Below are positions 27,103 to 34,588 of a DNA stretch of 64,000 bases, in pieces. Made by a program: the position numbers and the translations under genes. The DNA is from Verrucomicrobiota bacterium (GTDB taxonomy: Bacteria > Verrucomicrobiota > Kiritimatiellia > RFP12 > UBA1067), in contig JAHFSX010000002.1 in assembly GCA_023269675.1 (NCBI GenBank), positions 351,319-415,318 of the forward strand, written 5' to 3'. Position 1 is the stretch's first letter, and each line of letters starts with the position of its first letter. The notes below the pieces were generated by a model that saw only the letters and a program-made list of their open reading frames with translations, had not been told where the DNA came from and did no database searches.

Positions 27103-29655
27103 CTACTGCGCCCCTTCGTCTTTCGCCTCTTCCTTGTCGGCCTTGCCCTTCTTGTGCAGGCCGAGCTGGTCCGCAAGCTGCTCGAATTGGGGGATCTGCG
27201 CCTTGTAGCGGAAGATCATGCGCTTCATGGCATAACGCTGGCGCGGCGAAAGCGAGCGTTTGCGGCTGAACTGATCCGACAGGCTGGTGAAGAAGGCCTT
27301 GTCGTCGAAGGTCATTTTGCCGCGCTTCACCGGCTCCTGCCACGTGGTCACCTGGGCGAGCATCTCCAGCAGCAACGGGCTCTCGTTGTCGGGCGCCGAC
27401 TCCGCCTCGGTCGAGGTCAGCTGCAGGGACTGCTTGATCTCCTCGAAGTTCTCCATCTGCGCCGCGTTCTGCATGATGATGCGGTCAATGGCCGCGAACT
27501 GCTTCTCGCTCAGCTTGCGCCCGCTCTCCGCCTGCTGGCGCAGCGACGCGACGAACGCCTCCTGGCTCTCGGAGAGCTTCACCTGCTTGAGCACCTCGAA
27601 GCGCCGCATCGACTCTTCCGTGCTCGGCGCGGCGTTGTCGCTGGCCACCACCTCCGCGAACCCCAAATCGCCCAAGGCCTTTTCCGCCTCGGGGATCTGC
27701 CCGCGATAGCGGATGGCCATCTTGGCCAACGCGGCCAGCTGCTTGTCGGAGACCGCCTTCTCGCCCTTCTCGATCTGCTCCTGCACCGAGGCCACGAAGC
27801 GCTCGTCGCTGTACTTGCGCTTACCGCGCTGCACTTCAGGTCCCCAGGCCGTGACGCTGCCGAGCAGCGCCAGCACGGCCGACACCTTGCCCGCGTCAGC
27901 CGGCGGCTCTTTGGCCAGATCCATCCACTCCTTGAAGCGCTTGAAAAAGTCGCCCATCATCTGCGTCCACTCGACCTTCCCCTCTTCGATCTGGTCGAGG
28001 CTCTCCTCCATCTTCGCCGTGAAACCGACATCGAAGAGCTGCGCGAGCTTGTCCACCAGCAGATCGTTCACCTCCAGGCCCAGCCCGGTCGGCATCAGCT
28101 GCCGCTTCTCGCGCGAGGTGTACTCACGCGCGTTGAGCGTCTCGATGATCGACGCGTAGGTCGAAGGACGCCCCACGCCGTTGGCTTCCAGCGCCCGGAT
28201 CAGCGACGCCTCGCTGTAACGCGCCGGCGGCTTGGTCTCTTTCCGGTCGCTCAGCCAGTCCACCAGCACCAGCGGGTCGCCGACCGCCAGCGGCGGCAAG
28301 CGGTCCACCTCGTCCGGCTCCTCTTCCGAATCCTCCTCGTCCGGCTTCTTCTTGCGGATGTCGAGCGCCATGACCTTGAGGAAACCGTCGAACAGCACCT
28401 CGGACGAAGAAGCCGAAAACGCGTAGGCGTGCGTCAGCCCGGCCTTCACGGGCTCGATCTCCACCGTCTTCTGCGCGATCTTGGCCGCGGCCATCTGGCT
28501 CGCCACAAACCGCTTCCAGATCAGCTCGTACAGCTTGATCGACGGCGCGTCCAGCACGCCCCGGAGGCTCTCCGGCGTGCGCGCCACCTCCGTGGGCCGG
28601 ATCGCCTCATGCGCCTCCTGGGCGCTGGCGCGGCTCTTGTAGAAATTGGGGGTGTCGGGATAGTACTCCGCCCCGTAGGATTCCTGGATGAAGGCCCGCG
28701 CCGACTCCTGCGCGTCGCGCGCCACGTTCACCGAATCGGTACGCATGTAGGTGATCAGGCCGACAGGTCCGCCGGAGCCCAGGTCGATGCCTTCGTAAAG
28801 CTTCTGCGCCAGCCCCATGGTGCGGTTCGGCGAGAAGCTGCAGAAACTCGAGGCGGCCTGCTGGAGCGTCGAGGTGATGAAGGGCGCGAACGGGCGCCGC
28901 GTGGTCTCGCGCACCCGCACGTCCTTGACCCGCAGCGCGCACCCGTCAAGGTCGCCGAGCAGCGCCTTGGCCGCGGCCTCCGAGCCGACCGACGTCTTCT
29001 CGCCGTCCACCTTCACCAGCTTGACCGCGAAGGGATCGACCGGCTTGGTCTCGCGCCGCACGTTGGCGCCCAGCACCCAATACTCCTCGATGTTGAACGC
29101 CTGGATCTGACGTTCGCGCTCAGCCACCAGCCGCAGCGCCACCGACTGCACGCGTCCGGCGCTCAGGCCGCGCTTGAGGCGGCGCCACAGCATCGGGCTG
29201 ACCATGTAGCCCACGATGCGGTCCAGCACGCGGCGCGCCTGCTGGGCGTCCACCCGGTGCATGTTGATCTGGCCGGACTGCTCGAACGCCGCCTTGACGG
29301 CCCGCGGCGTGATCTCGTTGTACTGCACCCGGTGGAACGGCTTGCCCTTGGCGGAGTCGGCCAGCGTCTCCTGCAAGTGCCACGCGATCGCCTCTCCCTC
29401 GCGGTCCGGATCGGGCGCGAGATAGATCTCGTCACACTCCTTGGCCGCCTTCTTCAGCTCGGCGATGACCTTGGCCTTGCCCTTTGAAAACACGTATTTC
29501 GGCGTGAAGCCATGCTCGATGTCCACCCCCAGCGTGCGCTCCGGCAGGTCACGGATGTGTCCGACCGAAGACTTCACCACATAGCCGGAACCTAAGATCT
29601 TCCCGATCGTTTTGGCCTTGGCAGGCGACTCGACAACCACCAGTTTCTTACCCAT
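27103..29655 (-). CDS. topA: DNA topoisomerase I, with a cysteine-free repeated C-terminal domain
   Basis: MGKKLVVVESPAKAKTIGKILG (TOPRIM) and a full type-IA core. The C-terminal ~260 aa contain no Cys (no Zn ribbons) but at least two homologous ~70 aa repeats (LLGSVTAWGPEVQRGKRKYSDERF...QIPEAEKALGDLGF vs LAQVTTWQEPVKRGKMTFDDKAF...QIPQFEQLADQLGL). Confidence 0.92.
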   Translation of the reverse strand: MGKKLVVVESPAKAKTIGKILGSGYVVKSSVGHIRDLPERTLGVDIEHGFTPKYVFSKGKAKVIAELKKAAKECDEIYLAPDPDREGEAIAWHLQETLADSAKGKPFHRVQYNEITPRAVKAAFEQSGQINMHRVDAQQARRVLDRIVGYMVSPMLWRRLKRGLSAGRVQSVALRLVAERERQIQAFNIEEYWVLGANVRRETKPVDPFAVKLVKVDGEKTSVGSEAAAKALLGDLDGCALRVKDVRVRETTRRPFAPFITSTLQQAASSFCSFSPNRTMGLAQKLYEGIDLGSGGPVGLITYMRTDSVNVARDAQESARAFIQESYGAEYYPDTPNFYKSRASAQEAHEAIRPTEVARTPESLRGVLDAPSIKLYELIWKRFVASQMAAAKIAQKTVEIEPVKAGLTHAYAFSASSSEVLFDGFLKVMALDIRKKKPDEEDSEEEPDEVDRLPPLAVGDPLVLVDWLSDRKETKPPARYSEASLIRALEANGVGRPSTYASIIETLNAREYTSREKRQLMPTGLGLEVNDLLVDKLAQLFDVGFTAKMEESLDQIEEGKVEWTQMMGDFFKRFKEWMDLAKEPPADAGKVSAVLALLGSVTAWGPEVQRGKRKYSDERFVASVQEQIEKGEKAVSDKQLAALAKMAIRYRGQIPEAEKALGDLGFAEVVASDNAAPSTEESMRRFEVLKQVKLSESQEAFVASLRQQAESGRKLSEKQFAAIDRIIMQNAAQMENFEEIKQSLQLTSTEAESAPDNESPLLLEMLAQVTTWQEPVKRGKMTFDDKAFFTSLSDQFSRKRSLSPRQRYAMKRMIFRYKAQIPQFEQLADQLGLHKKGKADKEEAKDEGAQ

Positions 29656-29736
29656 GTCAGCTTCCTTAACTCAACAAATCCCGTTCAGCTCATCACGTCC
29701 CTCGGACGTTTACCGTTTCCAAATCCAAAAGAAATC

Positions 29737-30864
29737 CTAACTCTCACCGCGCCGCGCCACGAGGCCGCCGGGCAACAGCCTGACCAGCCGCTTCAGCTGC
29801 AGGCCGATCAGCAACGCGTTGACCTGGCCCGCATCCAACCCGCTGCCGCGCACCAGCACGTCGGCCGGCGTGCCCTCGCTCTCGACCAGGGCCATCACGC
29901 GGCGCTCCTCGGCCGAGAGCGGCACGTCGGGCCGCCGGTCAACCGCACCGTCCGCCGCCCCCCGCCCCTGCTCGCGCCGCATGCCCGTCAGCAAATCCTG
30001 CACCTCTTCGATCACATCGTCCACCGAGGTCACCAGCCGCGCGCCCTCGCGCACCAGCTTGTGGCAGCCCTGCGAGGCCGGCGAATCGATCCGGCCCGGC
30101 ACCGCCATCACCGCCCGGTTCTGGTCCAGCGCCTGCCCCACCGTGATCATCGTGCCGCTGTTCAGCGGCGCCTCCACCACCAGCACGCCCTTGCACAGGC
30201 CGCTGACGATCCGGTTGCGCATCGGGAACGTCTGCCGGTCCGGCTGCCTCCCGAACGGATACTCGGAGACCACCGCGCCGCCCTTCGCAACCATGTCGCG
30301 CGCCAGGCCCGCATTCTCTCTGGGGAAGAGTCGGTCCAGCGCCCCTCCCAGCACCGCCACCGAGCGGCCCTTGGCCTGCACCGCGCCGACATGCGCCTCG
30401 GTGTCGATCCCGCTGGCCAGCCCGCTGACGACCACATAGCCCGCGGCCGCCAACTGAAAGCCGAACCGCCGCGCCGTCTCCCGCCCGTAGACCGTGGGAT
30501 GCCGCGTGCCGATCACCGCCACCGCCGGCACGTCCAATGCGGACACCTGCCCCGCCACATAGAGCACCAGCGGCGGGTCGGCGATCTGCTTCAGCAAGGC
30601 GGGGTAACCCTCGTCCACCCAGGTCACCAGCTTCACGCCCTTCTTGGCCGCCAGCGCCAGCTCGTCGTCGCTGCGCGCGCCCTTCAAATCCTCAGCGAAC
30701 TGCCGCGCCTTCTCAGGCCCGATGCCCTGAACGCCCAGCAGGTCGCCCTCGGACACTTCAAAGACCGCCGTAAGCGAACCGAAGCGCTCCGCCATCCGCT
30801 TGACGGTGATGGCGCCCAAACCGGACACCCGGTTCATGGCTATCAAGGCTTCGCGCTCGGTCAC
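29737..30864 (-). CDS. dprA: DNA-processing protein DprA (Smf)
   Basis: 375 aa. GTRHPTVYGRETARRFGFQLAAAGYVVVSGLASGIDTEAHVGA (Rossmann-like DprA core) and a C-terminal winged-helix region. Conserved dprA-topA adjacency. Confidence 0.9.
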   Translation of the reverse strand: MTEREALIAMNRVSGLGAITVKRMAERFGSLTAVFEVSEGDLLGVQGIGPEKARQFAEDLKGARSDDELALAAKKGVKLVTWVDEGYPALLKQIADPPLVLYVAGQVSALDVPAVAVIGTRHPTVYGRETARRFGFQLAAAGYVVVSGLASGIDTEAHVGAVQAKGRSVAVLGGALDRLFPRENAGLARDMVAKGGAVVSEYPFGRQPDRQTFPMRNRIVSGLCKGVLVVEAPLNSGTMITVGQALDQNRAVMAVPGRIDSPASQGCHKLVREGARLVTSVDDVIEEVQDLLTGMRREQGRGAADGAVDRRPDVPLSAEERRVMALVESEGTPADVLVRGSGLDAGQVNALLIGLQLKRLVRLLPGGLVARRGES

Positions 30865-30906
30865 AAGATCCTCACTTCATGACGATCCACAGCTTCTTGT
30901 CGGTAC

Positions 30907-30996
30907 CTTCAAATGGATTACGATTAAGAGCACGATCACGATTATGAGGAACAGGGGGACCTCTCGTAATCTTCATCCCAATCGTGATCTTAATCC
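30907..30996. repeat. MITE-like palindromic element, copy 1 (direct repeat of 33195..33288)
   Basis: cttcaaatggattacgattaagagcacgatcacgattatgaggaacagggggacctctcgtaatcttcatcccaatcgtgatcttaatcc. Internal inverted symmetry (cgattacgag / ctcgtaatcg; gattaag / cttaatc). ~80% identical to the 33195-33288 copy. Confidence 0.45.
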
Positions 30997-31316
30997 TTCA
31001 AGAAAGCACCCCCCCTCCGATTGTTCCCGCTCCGCTGGCGGGGGGCTTGTTCCTGAATGACGTGTGGTAATTAGCATATTTTGCCAATCCTGACAAGCCA
31101 GCGCCGACGACATAATGATCCCCTGTCTTCGCAATGTATTAGGATGTAATGACTTAAAGCTAATTTCCGACTTGCCAGTCCTGTACTGAAACGACTGCTC
31201 TTCTCAAACAGGAGCGGCCTTCTGAAGAGCTGTCCCTTGGTTTTGTCCTGAGTAACAGAAGTCGAAGCGTGTCGTCAGAAGCCGGCATGAGAACAACACC
31301 CGCACGCCCAGGGCTG

Positions 31317-31360
31317 GGCGTGCCACATCGGGGTGTGCCATGCGCATCCCTGCGCATGGG
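31317..31360. repeat. REP-like palindromic element (copy of 20702..20747)
   Basis: gggcgtgccacatcggggtgtgccatgcgcatccctgcgcatggg. Confidence 0.35.
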
Positions 31361-31414
31361 CCGCAGGCTGCCGCTGTCCGGGAAACGGACGAGTAAACCA
31401 ACGGGAACAGCTTT

Positions 31415-31496
31415 CACCGCCAAGTCACCAAGGGCACCAAGCCGCACCAAGGATCAACTTCGTGTTTCTTTGTGTCCTTTGTGCCTTAGTGGTAAA
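31415..31496 (+). promoter_or_regulatory. CACCAAG/CTTGGTG repeat unit directly upstream of the DKAAAD-repeat gene; contains a possible promoter (TTGTGT-N16-GTAAAT with TGn)
   Basis: caccaagggcaccaagccgcaccaaggatcaacttcgtgtttctttgtgtcctttgtgccttagtggtaaat, then 24 nt, an SD aaggagag and the ATG at 31531. Confidence 0.3.
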
Positions 31497-31530
31497 TGAA
31501 ATTGTGGAGTCAAATCAAACAAGGAGAGTT

Positions 31531-31869
31531 ATGAGCAAACCCGATGAAGTTGCGAAGGAAGTGATTGACCAGGCCGCCGCGGACAAGGCCGCTGCCGACC
31601 AAGCGGCAACCGACAAGGCTGCGGCGGATCAAGCCGCCGCCGACAAAACTGCCGCCGACAAATCGGCCGCTGACAAAGCCGCTGCGGATCAGGCCGCCAC
31701 CGACAAGGCTGCTGCTGACAAGGCTGCCGCCGACAAGGTCGTCGCCGACCTCACCGCCGAGAGGGACACATTCAAGACCGAGCGGGAACAACCGCGTGTT
31801 CGGCGCGGGCGACATGATCGACTACGGCGGCGTGGCCTTCGTGCGCCAGGACGACCCCTAATTTCCTAA
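31531..31869 (+). CDS. Small acidic alanine-rich repeat protein, ~14 x D-K/Q-A-A-A-D hexapeptide repeats. Apparent +1 frame change near 31790 into a well-coded C-terminus ending at 31861.
   Basis: SD aaggagag 2-4 nt before ATG 31531. Frame 0 reads MSKPDEVAKEVIDQAAADKAAADQAATDKAAADQAAADKTAADKSAADKAAADQAATDKAAADKAAADKVVADLTAERDTFKTE with GC3-rich codons. After ~31790 frame 0 switches to rare codons (cgt gtt cga cat gat cta), while frame +1 reads NNRVFGAGDMIDYGGVAFVRQDDP* with uniformly GC3 codons. Confidence 0.4.
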   Translation: MSKPDEVAKEVIDQAAADKAAADQAATDKAAADQAAADKTAADKSAADKAAADQAATDKAAADKAAADKVVADLTAERDTFKTEREQPRVRRGRHDRLRRRGLRAPGRPLIS

Positions 31870-31870
31870 C

Positions 31871-32151
31871 ATCCACCACCAAGGCACAAAGGACACAAAG
31901 CCTCACCAAGAATCAACTTCGTGTTTCTTAGTGCTCTTGGTGTCTTGGTGGTAAATCTCTCAACTCAGCATCCACCACAAAGCCAAAAAGGGCACCAAGC
32001 TTCACCAAGGATCAAACTTCGTGTTCTTAGTGTCTTCGTAACTTCGTGTTAAATCTCTCAACTCGACTTCCACCACCAAGGCACAAAGGACACCAAGTCT
32101 CACCAAGAATCAAACTTCGTGTTTCTTAGTGCTCTTGGTGTCTTGGTGGTA
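31871..32151. repeat. Three tandem ~95 bp repeat units built from CACCAAG direct repeats and CTTGGTG inverted repeats
   Basis: Unit A 31871-31960, unit B 31961-32050 (degenerate), unit C 32051-32151. Consensus tccaccaccaaggcacaaaggacac(c/a)aag.ctcaccaagaatcaa(a)cttcgtgtttcttagtgctcttggtgtcttggtggtaa. Related single copies at 31415-31496, 15240-15312 and 27030-27090. Confidence 0.6.
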
Positions 32152-32222
32152 AGAAATTCAAGGAGCGCATCATGCAGAAAATCACCGTCACGACCGTTTC
32201 GGCCGGCGTCAGCCCGCTTGGC

Positions 32223-33152
32223 TTACTTCGCCGGACCCAGCACGCCCGCGGCGTCGTCGTTCAGCACGCCGGTGTCCAGCCCGTCAAGCACGAGCACGTT
32301 GTTCACCGTGCCGCCGAACTCCTCGTTCCACGACCAGACGATGTTGTGCTCCTTGTCCAGTTCCACAACTTTGAGCCCCGGCTTGAAATCCTTCGCGCTG
32401 TGTCCGGTCCAGTTCGCCATCACGATGTGGCCGTTCTTGAGGATCTGGAAGCCGGCGTAGAAGAAGTTGTTCAGCCCCTCGGGCTGCTTGAGGACCGTAT
32501 CTTTCAGCAGCTTGCCCTCGGCGTCGAAGGTGTAGAGCCCTTTGGAGTATCCGCCCGAGACCAAGAGCGTGCCGTCCGGCGCGTAGAGCGCCATGTAGGA
32601 GTTGCGCGGGCGCGGCAGGGTGAACTTGCGCACGAGCCGCTTCTCGGCCTCCAGCCCCTTCTCCAGCGATACCTCGTAGGCGCCGTCCTCGGCCGCCAGC
32701 AGCAGCGTGCCCTTGGGCGTGAAGCGCATCAGCCGCACGTACTTGGCCGCTTTCGGCATCTCGTAGGTCGCCGTCAGGTTCTTCTGCGCGTCATACTCGT
32801 AGACCGTGCCGCCCTGCGTCCCCAGGAAGGTCCGGCCGTCCGCCCGCCGCCGCACGGAACGCACGTCCTTGAGCGCGTCCGACTGGAACGAGTCGACCTT
32901 CTGCCGCGAGGCCAGATCGTACACGTCGTACCCCTTGCTGCGGTTGCAGAGCAAGCGGTTGCCGCCGACCAGCTGCAGGTCGAACGTGATCTCCGGCAAT
33001 TTCAGCGTCCAGTTCTTGGCCGCGTCCGCCTGGTCCACATAGTGCACCGAGCTGTGCATGAAATCGCTCACCAGCAACCGGTGCTTGATCTCCCCTCCGC
33101 GCACCAGCACCGCCGCCATCATCCCCGCCGCCATCATCATCGCTTTCTTCAT
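32223..33152 (-). CDS. Secreted hypothetical protein, predicted beta-propeller fold (309 aa)
   Basis: Signal peptide MKKAMMMAAGMMAAVLVRG. Repeated Gly/Tyr/Asp beta-strand blades (GGTVYEYDAQ, DGTLLVSGGYSKGLYTFDAEGK, NGHIVMANWTG). Balanced composition, in contrast to the R/H-rich antisense ORF 32172..33194. Confidence 0.5.
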   Translation of the reverse strand: MKKAMMMAAGMMAAVLVRGGEIKHRLLVSDFMHSSVHYVDQADAAKNWTLKLPEITFDLQLVGGNRLLCNRSKGYDVYDLASRQKVDSFQSDALKDVRSVRRRADGRTFLGTQGGTVYEYDAQKNLTATYEMPKAAKYVRLMRFTPKGTLLLAAEDGAYEVSLEKGLEAEKRLVRKFTLPRPRNSYMALYAPDGTLLVSGGYSKGLYTFDAEGKLLKDTVLKQPEGLNNFFYAGFQILKNGHIVMANWTGHSAKDFKPGLKVVELDKEHNIVWSWNEEFGGTVNNVLVLDGLDTGVLNDDAAGVLGPAK

Positions 33153-33194
33153 ACGCTCCCCCTTATGCGTTATTCGCTTCAGCGTTACCTATAA

Positions 33195-33288
33195 CTTCAA
33201 CCGGATTACGATTAAGCGCACGATTAGGATTACGAGGAACCGTGGCCTCTCGTAATCGTCATCCTAATCATAATCCTAATCGTAATCG
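33195..33288. repeat. MITE-like palindromic element, copy 2 (direct repeat of 30907..30996)
   Basis: cttcaaccggattacgattaagcgcacgattaggattacgaggaaccgtggcctctcgtaatcgtcatcctaatcataatcctaatcgtaatcg, immediately 5' of the beta-propeller gene. Confidence 0.45.
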
Positions 33289-33312
33289 TTCAACGTTTTC
33301 CCATTCCTCCCC

Positions 33313-34500
33313 CTACCACGCCCGGCAGAGCAGACCCTTCAGATACAGCCCCTCGGGGAAGCAGAGCCCCTCGGGATGATCCTCCGCCTGCTGCAGCCGC
33401 GTGACCACCTGCATGTCGCGTCCGGCGTCCACCGCCGCGTCCGCCACCACCTTGTGGAACAGCTCGGGCGTCATCAGCCCCGAACACGAGAAGGTCGCCA
33501 GCACGCCGCCCGGACGGAGCAGCTTGATGCCCAGCAGGTTGATGTCCTTGTATCCGCGCGCGGCCTTCATGAGGCTGTTCTTGGACTCCGCGAACTTGGG
33601 CGGGTCCAGCACCACCAGGTCGAACGAGCGGCCCTCGTCGCGGAACTTGCGCAGCACCTCGAAAACATTGCCCTGAATGAAGCGCGACTCCTCCACGTGG
33701 CAGGTGTTCAGCCCCGTGTTGGTCTTGGCCAGCTCCAAAGAGGGCGCGGAAAGATCCACGTGCGTCACCGAGGCCGCGCCCGCGGCCACGGCCGCGATGC
33801 CGAACCCGCCCGTGTAGGAGAAGGCGTTGAGCACGTCGCAGCCGTTCGAGTAGCGCTTGACCAGCTGGCGGTTGTCGCGCTGGTCGAGATAGAAGCCGGT
33901 CTTGTGGCCCTCGCGCACGTCCACCAGGTAGCGACAGCCGTTCTCGACGATCTCGATGCGCTCCGGCGGCGGCTCGCCCGCCAGCACGCCGGTCACGGGC
34001 AGCAGACCCTCGTGCTCGCGCACATCCACGTCCGAGCGCTCGTACACGCCGCGGCACGGCGAGTAGCGCTGCAGGGCCGCCACGATCTCCGCCTTCCACC
34101 GCTCCGTGCCCGCCGCGGTGAACTGGCACACGATCCACTCGCCGTACCGGTCGGCGATCAGCCCCGGCAGCCCGTCCGCCTCGGCGTTCACCAGACGGAA
34201 CGCGTTGGTCGCGTCCTCAGCCAGCAGCACCGCCCGCGCCCCCACCGCCCGCGCCACGCGCCCGTCCACGAACGCCGCGTCGACAGCCGCCCCGGCTCCG
34301 AAGGCCCACATGCGCACGCGGATCTGCGAGGTCGGCGAATAGGCGCCCACGCCCAGCACCGCGCCGTCGGACGCCAGGACGCGCACGGGGTCGCCCGGCG
34401 CCGGCGCGCCGTCCACCCGCGCGACGGCCCCCGAAAAGATCCACGGGTGGCGCCGCAACACGGAATAATCACGATTGGGATGCAGAGTAAGATCAGTCAT
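33313..34500 (-). CDS. rlmI: 23S rRNA (cytosine-C5) methyltransferase RlmI-like (PUA + class I SAM-MTase)
   Basis: Start at the ATG at 34498-34500 (MTDLTLHPNRDYSVLRRHPWIFSGAV). PUA-like N-terminus, then FSYTGGFGIAAVAAGAASVTHVDLSAPSLELAKTN and LVVLDPPKF (the MTase DPP motif). ORF-track 33313..34668 carries an Arg-rich N-terminal extension. Confidence 0.85.
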   Translation of the reverse strand: MTDLTLHPNRDYSVLRRHPWIFSGAVARVDGAPAPGDPVRVLASDGAVLGVGAYSPTSQIRVRMWAFGAGAAVDAAFVDGRVARAVGARAVLLAEDATNAFRLVNAEADGLPGLIADRYGEWIVCQFTAAGTERWKAEIVAALQRYSPCRGVYERSDVDVREHEGLLPVTGVLAGEPPPERIEIVENGCRYLVDVREGHKTGFYLDQRDNRQLVKRYSNGCDVLNAFSYTGGFGIAAVAAGAASVTHVDLSAPSLELAKTNTGLNTCHVEESRFIQGNVFEVLRKFRDEGRSFDLVVLDPPKFAESKNSLMKAARGYKDINLLGIKLLRPGGVLATFSCSGLMTPELFHKVVADAAVDAGRDMQVVTRLQQAEDHPEGLCFPEGLYLKGLLCRAW

Positions 34501-34588
34501 GGCCGGATATTTAACCACACTTCGCCCCGCCGCAAAAGCAGGAACGCACAGCCGCGCGTGAGGACCGGCGTGTCGGTCGCGGGTACGT

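Noticed and set aside
31871-32151. Possible CRISPR array (regular tandem repeats)
   Set aside because: Units are ~95 bp and abut each other with no unique spacers. The unit is itself internally repetitive and palindromic. No cas genes are nearby.
32172-33194. Plus-strand 340 aa ORF with a perfect SD (aaggag) and ATG right after the tandem repeat array
   Set aside because: Translation is R/H/V/L-rich antisense-type junk. The minus-strand frame encodes a well-composed secreted beta-propeller protein with a signal peptide. The SD+ATG is coincidental with the end of the repeat unit.
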